Below the pieces are notes generated by a model, which searched no databases, had not been told where the DNA came from, and saw only the letters and a list, made by a program, of their open reading frames with translations. From Flavobacteriaceae bacterium (lineage in GTDB: Bacteria > Bacteroidota > Bacteroidia > Flavobacteriales > Flavobacteriaceae), in the NCBI GenBank assembly GCA_023262185.1, contig JALRDO010000002.1:14044-78043 (forward strand): a DNA stretch of 64,000 nt. The letters run 5' to 3'. A program made the position numbers and the translations under genes. Positions 35,582 through 44,520 of this stretch are shown here, piece by piece (within the stretch, counting starts at the first letter, position 1; each line of letters opens with the position of its first letter).

Positions 35582-36796
35582 CTAATACTTTCGGTGGGCA
35601 AGCACTATAGGCGGCTTACCGTTAAACGGATTGTCGAGTCGTCCTATGGTTTTTGCATTCATTCCTGAAGCCCTGATCACACTTCTGTCACCGTATTTTA
35701 AACGGATGTGATCTAGGGCTTGGTATAAGCGTGTTTGGGTTTCAGTGTCTTGAAAGAGGTCAATCTGATAATTTCCGGCAACGAGATGGCTGAAACGTAC
35801 ACCGATTAAACGCACTCTTAGCCTCCTGTGATACAAAGCCTGAAAGAGCTCTAGTGTTTTGGGTATGAGTTCGTGGTCTGCACTGGTATACGCGATGCGT
35901 GATTGCTTAGAGTGCGTCTCAAAATCTGCATATCGAATTTTCACACTGATACAGGCAGTTAGCTTGTTTCCTCTGCGCAGCTGAAAGGCTAGGTTCTCGG
36001 TCATCGCTACCAAAAGTGACTTTAAGTGTGCTACATCTATGGTATCGCGATCGAAGGTGCGTTCTGTAGAGATAGATTTGCGTTCGCTGTACGGAATTAC
36101 AGGAGAAGGATCGATACCCTGAGCTTTTCTCCATAGCACTTGCCCGTTCTTGCCCAAGGTATTGATCATGAGCTGTTCAGGAAGTTGTTGTAGGTCGTGA
36201 ATATGTCGGATGCCTAGGCGCCTCAACAACTGTTCAGTCTTAACGCCAACCATTGGCATTTTTTGTATGGGCAGTGGGGCCAAGAAAGGTTTTTCGTAAC
36301 CGAAATCAACCTTTAACTGGTTGTTAGGTTTTGCCTCACTGGTTGCTACTTTTGAAACGAGCTTGCTCGTTGAGAGCCCAAAAGACAGAGGGAGCCCACT
36401 CTCTTTCATTACTTTTTGACGCAATTCGCTAGCGAACTTATAGCTGCCAAAAAAGTGATCTAAACCGCTTAGGTCGGCATAGAATTCATCGATGCTTGAC
36501 TTTTCAAACACAGGTACTTCTTGCTGAATAATTTCTGTAATGAGGTCAGAATACTTGCTATAGGTTCCGGCGTTTCCGCGTATAACAATGGCTTCTGGGC
36601 AGCGTTGACGTGCAATTTTCATAGGCATACCTGAGTGCACCCCAAAACCCCGAGTCTCATAGCTGCAAGCCGCTACTACACCGCGATCGCCCACACCTCC
36701 TACGAGTAGGGGTTTTCGGGCCAGACGACTATCGAGTAGACGCTCTACCGAGACAAAGAAGCTGTCGAGATCTAGATGTAGAATACTGCGTTCCAA
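35582..36796 (-). CDS. Y-family DNA polymerase (DinB/Pol IV-like, catalytic residues intact); start revised to TTG at 36796
   Basis: HLDLDSFFVSVE and SSIDEFYADLS carboxylate motifs. The revised N-terminus M-ERSILHLDLDSFF matches the usual DinB spacing. The track start at 36871 reads through palindromic promoter DNA. Confidence 0.8.
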   Translation of the reverse strand: MERSILHLDLDSFFVSVERLLDSRLARKPLLVGGVGDRGVVAACSYETRGFGVHSGMPMKIARQRCPEAIVIRGNAGTYSKYSDLITEIIQQEVPVFEKSSIDEFYADLSGLDHFFGSYKFASELRQKVMKESGLPLSFGLSTSKLVSKVATSEAKPNNQLKVDFGYEKPFLAPLPIQKMPMVGVKTEQLLRRLGIRHIHDLQQLPEQLMINTLGKNGQVLWRKAQGIDPSPVIPYSERKSISTERTFDRDTIDVAHLKSLLVAMTENLAFQLRRGNKLTACISVKIRYADFETHSKQSRIAYTSADHELIPKTLELFQALYHRRLRVRLIGVRFSHLVAGNYQIDLFQDTETQTRLYQALDHIRLKYGDRSVIRASGMNAKTIGRLDNPFNGKPPIVLAHRKY

Positions 36797-36824
36797 AAGG
36801 GTTGAAAAAGGGAAATAAAAATAT

Positions 36825-36837
36825 GGAATAATTCCAT
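36825..36837 (-). promoter_or_regulatory. box 2 of tandem ATGGAATTATTCC repeat (palindromic core GGAAT-T-ATTCC), candidate operator
   Basis: Exact 13-nt direct repeat of 36845-36857, 29 nt upstream of the revised start. Confidence 0.5.
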
Positions 36838-36844
36838 TTATAAA

Positions 36845-36857
36845 GGAATAATTCCAT
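36845..36857 (-). promoter_or_regulatory. box 1 of tandem ATGGAATTATTCC repeat, candidate operator
   Basis: Exact 13-nt copy. Centre-to-centre spacing is 20 bp. Confidence 0.5.
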
Positions 36858-36890
36858 AAAAAATAATACAATAGTAAGGGTGCTTCGGGC

Positions 36891-36898
36891 TATATTTG
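36891..36898 (+). promoter_or_regulatory. -7 promoter box TATATTTG facing the nitroreductase-ruvC-hemW side
   Basis: Exact TAnnTTTG match, 157 nt before the next plus-strand ATG. Confidence 0.4.
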
Positions 36899-37054
36899 CA
36901 GTGTTGTGTTGTGCAGTACACACTGCACGCTAAGAGCGGCCTCGCAGATGCGATGCTGACCTTTGAAAGGCTTTCCTTAGGGGAGGCTTTTTTTGTTTAC
37001 ACCCTATCTGAAGCCTTGCAAATAGCGTATTTTTAAAGGATAAAAAGAAACGCT

Positions 37055-37615
37055 ATGTCACTACAAGATAGTATCAGAAGCCGCAGAAGTGTGCATCCGC
37101 CCGCTTATAACGATAAGCCCATTGCTGAACAAGACATTCAAGAAATGCTTGAGGCAGCACGATGGGCGCCTACGCACAAGAAAACACAGCCCTGGAGGTT
37201 TGTGGTCATCCGAGACGCCGCTAAACAGAGATTGGCTGACGCCATAGGAGAGGCCTATAAAGCGCATACCCAAAAATTCAGTGAGATTACCTTTGACAAG
37301 CTCAGAGGTAACCCCTTAAAATCTCAAGTGACTATTGCTATTTGTATGAAACGCGATCCGAAAGAATCTCTTCCCGAGTGGGAAGAAATTGCGGCCGTAG
37401 GAATGGCCGTGCAAAATCTTTGGCTTGTGAGTCATGAAAAGGGGATAGGCGGATACTGGAGTTCTCCTGGGGTGATCGCGCATCTCAACGACTTTCTTGA
37501 ACTCGATGATTACGAGCGTTGTCTAGGATTCTTCTATATGGGGTATTACGACGAGGCCCCTAGAGATTCAGAGCGCCTCTCTCTCGATGAGGTGGTACGT
37601 TATATAGACAACTAA
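37055..37615 (+). CDS. nitroreductase-family protein
   Basis: RRSV...PPAY N-terminus, the WAPTHKKTQPWRF motif, 186 aa. Confidence 0.8.
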   Translation: MSLQDSIRSRRSVHPPAYNDKPIAEQDIQEMLEAARWAPTHKKTQPWRFVVIRDAAKQRLADAIGEAYKAHTQKFSEITFDKLRGNPLKSQVTIAICMKRDPKESLPEWEEIAAVGMAVQNLWLVSHEKGIGGYWSSPGVIAHLNDFLELDDYERCLGFFYMGYYDEAPRDSERLSLDEVVRYIDN

Positions 37616-37633
37616 TTCGGTAACTTCGTTGCT

Positions 37634-38185
37634 GTGGCAGCATCAAAGATTATTTTAGGGGTTGATCCAGGAACCACCATTATGGGATTCGGTTTGATCG
37701 AGGTAAAGGGCGCTGAAATGCAGTTCATTGATATGAACGAACTACAGCTCACCAAGATCTCAGATCCTTACGTCAAACTCAAGATGATCTTCGAACGAAC
37801 CGTAGCGCTTATCGATCAGTTTCATCCCGATGAAATGGCCTTAGAGGCTCCTTTTTTCGGTAAAAACGTTCAGTCAATGCTCAAACTCGGAAGGGCACAA
37901 GGAGTGGCGATGGCTGCAGGTTTGTCGCGTCAAATTCCGGTAACGGAGTACCTTCCGAAGAAGATAAAAATGGCCATCACGGGCAACGGAAATGCCTCAA
38001 AAGAACAGGTGGCTAAAATGCTTCAGGGGATGCTTGGCATCAAAACACTTCCTAAAAACCTAGATGCTACCGATGGTTTAGCTGCCGCGGTATGTCACTT
38101 TTATAACGCGGGCAAGCCTGAAGCTACAAAGGCTTACCATTCTTGGTCTAGTTTTATCTCTCAGAATAAAGACCGCATCAGTTAA
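37634..38185 (+). CDS. ruvC: crossover junction endodeoxyribonuclease RuvC (GTG start)
   Basis: [14 protein letters not shown] catalytic Asp region and the [13 protein letters not shown] motif. Confidence 0.9.
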   Translation: MAASKIILGVDPGTTIMGFGLIEVKGAEMQFIDMNELQLTKISDPYVKLKMIFERTVALIDQFHPDEMALEAPFFGKNVQSMLKLGRAQGVAMAAGLSRQIPVTEYLPKKIKMAITGNGNASKEQVAKMLQGMLGIKTLPKNLDATDGLAAAVCHFYNAGKPEATKAYHSWSSFISQNKDRIS

Positions 38186-38187
38186 GT

Positions 38188-39339
38188 ATGGCCGGATTGT
38201 ACCTTCACATTCCCTTTTGTCGACAGGCGTGCCACTACTGTGATTTTCATTTCTCTACTTCTTTGGCCAAGATTGGTCCAATGGTTCAGGCGATGAAATC
38301 AGAGATTGAACAGCGCGCTCCTGAATGGGAAGGAGAGCGCTTTGAGACCCTTTATTTCGGCGGAGGAACCCCTTCGTTAATTGCCCCTGAATTGTTGGTT
38401 GAACTCATCGATACGGCAAAGTCTTTTCTTCAGTTTGAGTCTGAACTAGAGGTAACACTCGAATGCAACCCCGAAGACATAGACGAGGCCTCTCTGAAAG
38501 CCTGGAGGTCAATGGGAATAAATCGATTGAGTATCGGTGTTCAGGCCTTTGAAGACCACGCCTTGTCCTTAATGAATCGCGTGCACAATGCAACCCGCGC
38601 AAAGCATGTGTTGCAATTAGCCACTACTTTTTTCGAACGTATTTCTGTCGATTTGATCTACGGTATCCCCGGAAGGTCTGACGCGCAGCTGATGAATGAT
38701 TTGGCCACGATCCTAGATCTTGGAATCACCCATGTTTCTGCCTACGCGCTGACGGTAGAACCTCAAACTGCTTTAGAACGGTTTATCGCCAAGGGAATTA
38801 TCGATCCGATTGACGAAGAGCAAGCGGCGCGTCAATTCAATCTGATCATGGATAGTTTAGAAGATGCAGGATTTGTGCATTACGAACTTTCTAACTATGC
38901 CCTTCCCGGACACGAGTCTCGAAACAATTCAGCCTATTGGATGCGTAAACCCTATTTAGGGATTGGTCCGGGGGCCCACAGTTTTAGGGAAAACGAAAGG
39001 CGTTGGAATGTGTCAAACAACCCTTCTTATATCCGTGCATTGAAAGACGGAACTTCTTTTTTCGAGACCGAAACACTCAGCAAGCGAGATCACTACAATG
39101 AATACGTGATGACGGCTTTGCGCACGCATTGGGGAGTTTCATTAGACTATTTGACCACGGCTTTCGGACGGGCGTTCAAAGACTATTTCACCATGATCAG
39201 CACCCCATTTATACTTGACAATTTACTGTTCGAAGATGAGGGTGTGATTCTTGCTACACGAAAAGGTAAGTTTCTGATCGATGGGATAGCCAGTGAGTTA
39301 TTTATGCTCGAACTGCAATCTCCGAAAGAAGAAAATTAG
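38188..39339 (+). CDS. hemW: radical SAM heme chaperone HemW (HemN-like, oxygen-independent coproporphyrinogen oxidase family)
   Basis: CRQACHYCDF radical-SAM cluster motif and a C-terminal HemN_C-like domain. Confidence 0.85.
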   Translation: MAGLYLHIPFCRQACHYCDFHFSTSLAKIGPMVQAMKSEIEQRAPEWEGERFETLYFGGGTPSLIAPELLVELIDTAKSFLQFESELEVTLECNPEDIDEASLKAWRSMGINRLSIGVQAFEDHALSLMNRVHNATRAKHVLQLATTFFERISVDLIYGIPGRSDAQLMNDLATILDLGITHVSAYALTVEPQTALERFIAKGIIDPIDEEQAARQFNLIMDSLEDAGFVHYELSNYALPGHESRNNSAYWMRKPYLGIGPGAHSFRENERRWNVSNNPSYIRALKDGTSFFETETLSKRDHYNEYVMTALRTHWGVSLDYLTTAFGRAFKDYFTMISTPFILDNLLFEDEGVILATRKGKFLIDGIASELFMLELQSPKEEN

Positions 39340-40727
39340 GATTTCGTAAGCTCGGTGTAGTACTGATAGAAATAGGGAATGGTTTCTATTCCCTTAAAGT
39401 AATTCCACACTCCATAGTGTTCGTTGGGTGAGTGAATGGCATCGCTGTCAAATCCGAATCCCATCAAAACCGATTTTACTCCAAGGACTTCTTCAAAAAG
39501 CGCTACGATCGGAATGCTGCCTCCACCGCGCTGCGGTACTGGGGTGATACCGAAACTGCGCTCAAGGGCTTTTTCTGCCGCAAGGTATCCGACGCTATCG
39601 ATGGGGGTTACGTAAGGCTTACCGCCGTGATGTGGTTTTACCTTGACCTCAACGCCCTCAGGTGCGATCGCTTTGAAGTGATCCGTGAAGAGCTGCGTAA
39701 TCTCTTCGTGATCTTGATCGGGAACGAGACGCATTGAAATTTTTGCATAGGCTTTTGAAGGCAAAACTGTTTTTGCGCCTTCACCGATATAGCCACCCCA
39801 GATGCCGTTTACATCGAGTGTCGGACGGGTAGATGCACGTTCATTAGTGGTGTAACCGGCTTCTCCTCTAACCGCACTTATGTTAAGGTGTTCTTTGTAC
39901 TCCTTTTCATCGAAGGGCACGCGCGCCATAGCTTCGCGCTCTTCTGCTGAAAGTTCTACAACCTTGTCATAGAACTGCGGGATGGTAATATGCCCCTTCT
40001 CATCGTGGAGCGATGCAATCATTTGAGAAAGTACATTGATTGGATTAGCCACGGCCCCACCGTAAACTCCTGAGTGCAAATCGCGATTTGGTCCGGTTAC
40101 TTCTACCTCTACGTAGCTCAATCCGCGCAGTCCCGTTTGAATAGAAGGGATGTCTCTGCTGATCATTCCGGTATCCGAGATGAGAATAATGTCACAGGCG
40201 AGTTTGTCAAGGTGATCCTTGAGGAATCCCGCAAGGTTGTCGCTTCCGACCTCTTCTTCTCCTTCAATCATAAATTTCACGTTACACGGAAGCTGATCGG
40301 TTTGGGTCATGTATTCAACCGCCTTAACGTGCATGTAGAACTGCCCTTTGTCGTCACAAGCACCGCGCGCAAAGATGGCCCCTTCTGGATGGGTTTCAGT
40401 ACTGCGGACTACCGGTTCGAAAGGTGGAGAATCCCACAAGTTGATGGGGTCTGGGGGTTGCACGTCGTAGTGTCCGTATACAAGAACCGTCGAAAGGTTC
40501 GGATCTATTATTTTTTCTCCATAAACCACAGGATAGCCCGGGGTTTGAATGACTTCACATGAAGTGCATCCCACGCGCTCCAATTGTTCTTTGGTGTAAG
40601 CTGCAGCACGATGGACCTCTTCTTTATAAGCCGGATCGGCACTTACTGAAGCGATTTTAAGCAATTCTAGGAGTTCATCGAGCATGCGCTCTTTGTGAAT
40701 CGCTATATAAGCCTTTGGGTCTTGCAT
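39336..40727 (-). CDS. M20-family dipeptidase; start revised to ATG at 40727
   Basis: HYDVQP, GACDDKGQ and EGEEE metal-site motifs. The upstream 63 codons of the track ORF are antisense to tRNA-Leu and its promoter. Confidence 0.85.
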   Translation of the reverse strand: MQDPKAYIAIHKERMLDELLELLKIASVSADPAYKEEVHRAAAYTKEQLERVGCTSCEVIQTPGYPVVYGEKIIDPNLSTVLVYGHYDVQPPDPINLWDSPPFEPVVRSTETHPEGAIFARGACDDKGQFYMHVKAVEYMTQTDQLPCNVKFMIEGEEEVGSDNLAGFLKDHLDKLACDIILISDTGMISRDIPSIQTGLRGLSYVEVEVTGPNRDLHSGVYGGAVANPINVLSQMIASLHDEKGHITIPQFYDKVVELSAEEREAMARVPFDEKEYKEHLNISAVRGEAGYTTNERASTRPTLDVNGIWGGYIGEGAKTVLPSKAYAKISMRLVPDQDHEEITQLFTDHFKAIAPEGVEVKVKPHHGGKPYVTPIDSVGYLAAEKALERSFGITPVPQRGGGSIPIVALFEEVLGVKSVLMGFGFDSDAIHSPNEHYGVWNYFKGIETIPYFYQYYTELTKS

Positions 40728-40803
40728 GAAGTGTCGTTTAAAACGTTTGTCGAAATTACAAAACAAGAAATGGAAATCGTGGGCTGAAATTTCAAAAAAT
40801 AAG

Positions 40804-40811
40804 TATATTTG
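40804..40811 (+). promoter_or_regulatory. -7 promoter box TATATTTG for tRNA-Leu(TAG)
   Basis: Exact TAnnTTTG match, 22 nt before the tRNA. Confidence 0.55.
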
Positions 40812-40833
40812 CCGCCTCCATATTAGAGAAGTC

Positions 40834-40915
40834 GCGGGCGTGGTGGAATTGGTAGACACGCTAGACTTAGGATCTAGTGCCGCGAGGTGTGGGAGTTCGA
40901 GTCTCCCCGCCCGCA
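40834..40915 (+). tRNA. tRNA-Leu (anticodon TAG), type II
   Basis: Folded by hand. Acceptor gcgggcg/cgcccgc, anticodon stem ctaga/tctag with loop ctTAGga, T arm gggag-ttcgagt-ctccc. Confidence 0.9.
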
Positions 40916-40942
40916 CTAAACTTCTCTTGACGTCTCTCCTTT

Positions 40943-42169
40943 TTACAGGTAGTTTTCTATGGCTTGCATCACCCTTTGGGTGGCCCCAAGTCGATTGGTA
41001 ATCTCCTTCTTATTTAAAGCTCCCATTTCACGTATCAGTCGAGGTTGTTTGTGAAAATTAGTGAGGGATTCTTCGAAGGTTTCATAGTCGTGAACCACAA
41101 GTAGACCTCCTTTTTTGACCAATTCGACGACTTCAGGAAAGGTATCGAATTGAGGACCTATAAGTACCGGGATACCAAGAGCTGCGGGTTCGAGGGTATT
41201 GTGTAGCCCTGTCTTAAATCCTCCACCAACTAGAGCTATGTTTGCACTCTGATAGACTTGATTCAGGAGTCCGATGTGGTCTATAATAAGAACTCTAGAA
41301 GGGGCCAACTCTTCTTCGCTCCAGAGTGCCACGGGTTCATTGAGCATGCTTCGTAAGGCTTCAGCCTGTGATTTAGACGGACGATGTGGGGCGATAATCA
41401 CGCAAAAATCGTCGTCAAGGTGATCTCTTAGATAGTTGACGATCAGCTCATCTTCTTCGGGCCAAGAACTCCCGACGACTAAACAAAACCTATGGTTCAA
41501 AAAGTTTTCTATGCGCTCTAGGGGTTGGAGCTCTTTGGCCAATTGAGAGACTCGATCAAAACGGGTGTCTCCTGCTAAAGAAACGGCTGTGTCAGGTGCC
41601 ATTTGTTGGGCAAGAGCCATAGACTGTTGATCTTGACAAAGGATGGCTTCAAAAGAAGCGAGTAGTTTTCGACCAAAGCGATAGTTGAAGAGGGTTTGTC
41701 CCTTATAGAATCGAGCGGCAATTAAAAAATGAGGTACTCCTCTATGGTGTAAGGCTTTGAGGTAGTTTGGCCATAATTCATATTTCACAAAAAGAGCAAT
41801 ATCTGGATTGATATGATTCAAAAAACGGTTGGCATTCGATGCAGTATCTAAGGGTAAGTAACACACGGCATCTGCGAGCACTCGGTACTTCACCACTTCA
41901 TAGCCTGAGGGTGAAAAAAAACTGACAAGTACAAAGGGCGGTGCCGACTGACCTCTTAGCGCCTGAAGGATGGGTACAGCCTGTTCGTATTCTCCTAATG
42001 AGGCCACATGCAGCCATACGGTCTTGCGATCCTGTTTAGGAAGGTCTGCGATGACTTTCCAGGTGTTTTTCCTACCCATTGTCCACGTCTTGAGCTTTGC
42101 ATTGAAAAGGCTCGCAGGACCTAGTAATACTTGGACGAGATAGGTGATAAAACCGTATACTGTAAACAT
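40943..42169 (-). CDS. waaA: 3-deoxy-D-manno-octulosonic acid (Kdo) transferase
   Basis: WLHVASLGEYEQAVPIL motif and a GT30-like C-terminal half. Confidence 0.85.
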   Translation of the reverse strand: MFTVYGFITYLVQVLLGPASLFNAKLKTWTMGRKNTWKVIADLPKQDRKTVWLHVASLGEYEQAVPILQALRGQSAPPFVLVSFFSPSGYEVVKYRVLADAVCYLPLDTASNANRFLNHINPDIALFVKYELWPNYLKALHHRGVPHFLIAARFYKGQTLFNYRFGRKLLASFEAILCQDQQSMALAQQMAPDTAVSLAGDTRFDRVSQLAKELQPLERIENFLNHRFCLVVGSSWPEEDELIVNYLRDHLDDDFCVIIAPHRPSKSQAEALRSMLNEPVALWSEEELAPSRVLIIDHIGLLNQVYQSANIALVGGGFKTGLHNTLEPAALGIPVLIGPQFDTFPEVVELVKKGGLLVVHDYETFEESLTNFHKQPRLIREMGALNKKEITNRLGATQRVMQAIENYL

Positions 42170-42216
42170 CCGGTTGTTTTTGGCGAAGGTACAATCTTTA
42201 GAAAAGTGTGAATTGC

Positions 42217-42224
42217 TACCTTTG
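42217..42224 (+). promoter_or_regulatory. -7 promoter box TACCTTTG for degT-like/galE
   Basis: Exact TAnnTTTG match, 19 nt before the ATG. Confidence 0.5.
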
Positions 42225-42243
42225 AGATTCTATACTTCGGTTC

Positions 42244-43404
42244 ATGAAAGAACATAACATCCAGATGGTTGACCTAGTGGGTCAATACGAGGAAATCAAA
42301 AATGAAATTAAGGCAGGATTCGACGAGGTGCTTGAAACAGCCTCTTTTATCAATGGGCCTGCTGTTAAAAGCCTTCAGTCTTCATTAGAGCAGTACCTAG
42401 GGGTTAAACATGTGATCCCCTGCGCCAACGGAACCGATGCGCTGCAAATAGCCATGATGGGACTGGGTTTAAAACCAGGCGATGAGGTCATAACCGCAGA
42501 TTTTACCTTCGCCTCAACGGTTGAGGTCATCGCGTTGCTCGGTTTAACGCCGGTCTTAGTCGATGTAAAATGGGATGATTTCACCATTGATGTGGCAGCT
42601 GTAGAAAAGGTAATTACTCCCAAAACAAAGGCTATCGTTCCCGTTCATTTGTTCGGGCAATGTGCCGATATGAAGGCGATCATGGATTTGGCTGAGCGCC
42701 ATAACCTCAAGGTGATCGAAGACAACGCCCAAGCTATTGGGGCACGGTATCTCGATCCATCTGGATCACGTCCGATGGCCGGAACGATCGGACATGTTGG
42801 TGCGACCTCGTTCTTTCCCTCTAAAAATTTAGGGTGTTATGGCGATGGGGGTGCCTTGTTCACCAACGATGACGACCTGGCCCATACCTTACGTGGAATT
42901 GTCAATCACGGAATGTATGAGCGTTATCACCACGACGTGGTAGGGGTAAACTCAAGATTAGATAGCTTACAGGCGGTAGTGCTCAATGCAAAGTTGTCGC
43001 GCCTAGATGTTTACAGCGCAAAGAGACAGGATGCAGCGCGTGCCTACAACAGAGCACTCTCAGGTCTTTCAGGGGTCGAAACCCCGGTGACCGTGAGCGC
43101 TTGCGAAGGCATTTGCGACACTTGTAACTGCCATGTTTTTCATCAATACACGATGAAAATTGATGGAAATCGCAGAGATGGGTTGGCCCAACATTTAGCC
43201 CAAAAAGGGATTCCGTTTGGAATCTATTATCCGATTCCACTTCACCGTCAGAAAGCCTATCGCGATGAGCGTTACAACGAAGGTGATTTTTCAGTGACAA
43301 ACGCATTGAGTGATGCGGTAATCTCACTGCCTATGCATACCGAACTGACCGTAGAACAGATTGATTTTATTACTTCAGAAATACGAAGCTTCTTAAGCCG
43401 TTAA
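42244..43404 (+). CDS. DegT/DnrJ/EryC1/StrS-family sugar aminotransferase
   Basis: CANGTDAL and PLP-lysine region SFFPSKNLG. Confidence 0.85.
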   Translation: MKEHNIQMVDLVGQYEEIKNEIKAGFDEVLETASFINGPAVKSLQSSLEQYLGVKHVIPCANGTDALQIAMMGLGLKPGDEVITADFTFASTVEVIALLGLTPVLVDVKWDDFTIDVAAVEKVITPKTKAIVPVHLFGQCADMKAIMDLAERHNLKVIEDNAQAIGARYLDPSGSRPMAGTIGHVGATSFFPSKNLGCYGDGGALFTNDDDLAHTLRGIVNHGMYERYHHDVVGVNSRLDSLQAVVLNAKLSRLDVYSAKRQDAARAYNRALSGLSGVETPVTVSACEGICDTCNCHVFHQYTMKIDGNRRDGLAQHLAQKGIPFGIYYPIPLHRQKAYRDERYNEGDFSVTNALSDAVISLPMHTELTVEQIDFITSEIRSFLSR

Positions 43405-43406
43405 TT

Positions 43407-44423
43407 ATGGAAAAAATACTGGTTACAGGAGGATTGGGATTTATCGGATCGCATACCGCGGTGGCACTTCTAGAATCAGGGTTTGAAGTGATTATCATTG
43501 ACGATCTATCCAACGCCTCAAAAGAAGTGTTGACCGGTATCCAAACGATAACGGGAGTGCTTCCTGAATTTCATCAAATAGACCTCAGAGACAAAGAAGC
43601 AGTAAGCCAATTTTTTAAGGCGCATACCGATCTGAAATACGCCATTCATTTTGCCGCCTCAAAAGCGGTGGGCGAGAGTGTGTCTGATCCGCTGTTGTAT
43701 TACGAGAACAATCTGATGGGGTTGATCAACCTGTTGAACCCTTTGGTCTCAAAATCCTCAGGTGTAATATTTAGCTCTTCTTGTACCGTATACGGTCAAG
43801 CCGATCAGATGCCCATCACCGAAGAGGCTCCGATTAAACCTGCCGAGTCTCCTTATGGCAATACCAAACAAATTGGTGAAGAGATTCTAAGGGACACTGT
43901 GGCTGCTCATCCTCAGCTTTCGGTAGTGGCGCTGCGCTATTTCAATCCAATAGGAGCTCATGAGTCGGCCGAAATAGGAGAATTGCCTATTGGGGTTCCT
44001 CAGAATTTGGTGCCCTTTATCACCCAGACGGCTATTGGAATGAGAGCTCAGCTTTCGGTTTGGGGTAATGACTACCCTACTATAGACGGCACTTGTATCC
44101 GCGATTATATTCATGTGGTAGACCTTGCATATGCACACTTGGCCGCATTGAAACGCCTTATCCAAAAGCAGCAAAAGATGCCGTTCGAGGTGTTCAATGT
44201 GGGTACGGGAAAAGGGAGTTCAGTGCTAGAAGTTATAGAAAGCTTTGAGCGCGTTTCAGGTCAAAAGTTAAACTACCGCATTGCTGAGCGCAGAGCAGGT
44301 GATGTCATACAGGCGTATGCAGACACGACAAGAGCCAATGAGGTTCTCGGGTGGAAGGCGCAATTCACTTTAGATGATGCCATGCGATCGGCCTGGAAAT
44401 GGGAACAAAAAGTACGCGGATAA
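43407..44423 (+). CDS. galE: UDP-glucose 4-epimerase
   Basis: GGLGFIGSH Rossmann motif and the catalytic YGNTK. Confidence 0.9.
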   Translation: MEKILVTGGLGFIGSHTAVALLESGFEVIIIDDLSNASKEVLTGIQTITGVLPEFHQIDLRDKEAVSQFFKAHTDLKYAIHFAASKAVGESVSDPLLYYENNLMGLINLLNPLVSKSSGVIFSSSCTVYGQADQMPITEEAPIKPAESPYGNTKQIGEEILRDTVAAHPQLSVVALRYFNPIGAHESAEIGELPIGVPQNLVPFITQTAIGMRAQLSVWGNDYPTIDGTCIRDYIHVVDLAYAHLAALKRLIQKQQKMPFEVFNVGTGKGSSVLEVIESFERVSGQKLNYRIAERRAGDVIQAYADTTRANEVLGWKAQFTLDDAMRSAWKWEQKVRG

Positions 44424-44486
44424 GCCCATGGAATTAAATAATTACCAATTCACTACAAAACATGGCGTTAGGCCGCTTAAAGGTCT

Positions 44487-44494
44487 TATTTTTG
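44487..44494 (+). promoter_or_regulatory. -7 promoter box TATTTTTG for sucA
   Basis: Exact TAnnTTTG match, 26 nt before the ATG. Confidence 0.55.
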
Positions 44495-44520
44495 TGGGTC
44501 GAAATCCTATGGTTTTTTAG

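Noticed and set aside
40728-40916. The N-terminal 63 codons of the 526-aa track ORF (MRAGRLELPHLAALDPKSS...).
   Set aside because: This stretch is the reverse complement of tRNA-Leu(TAG) and its promoter. The dipeptidase homology begins at the internal Met (MQDPKAY...) at 40727.
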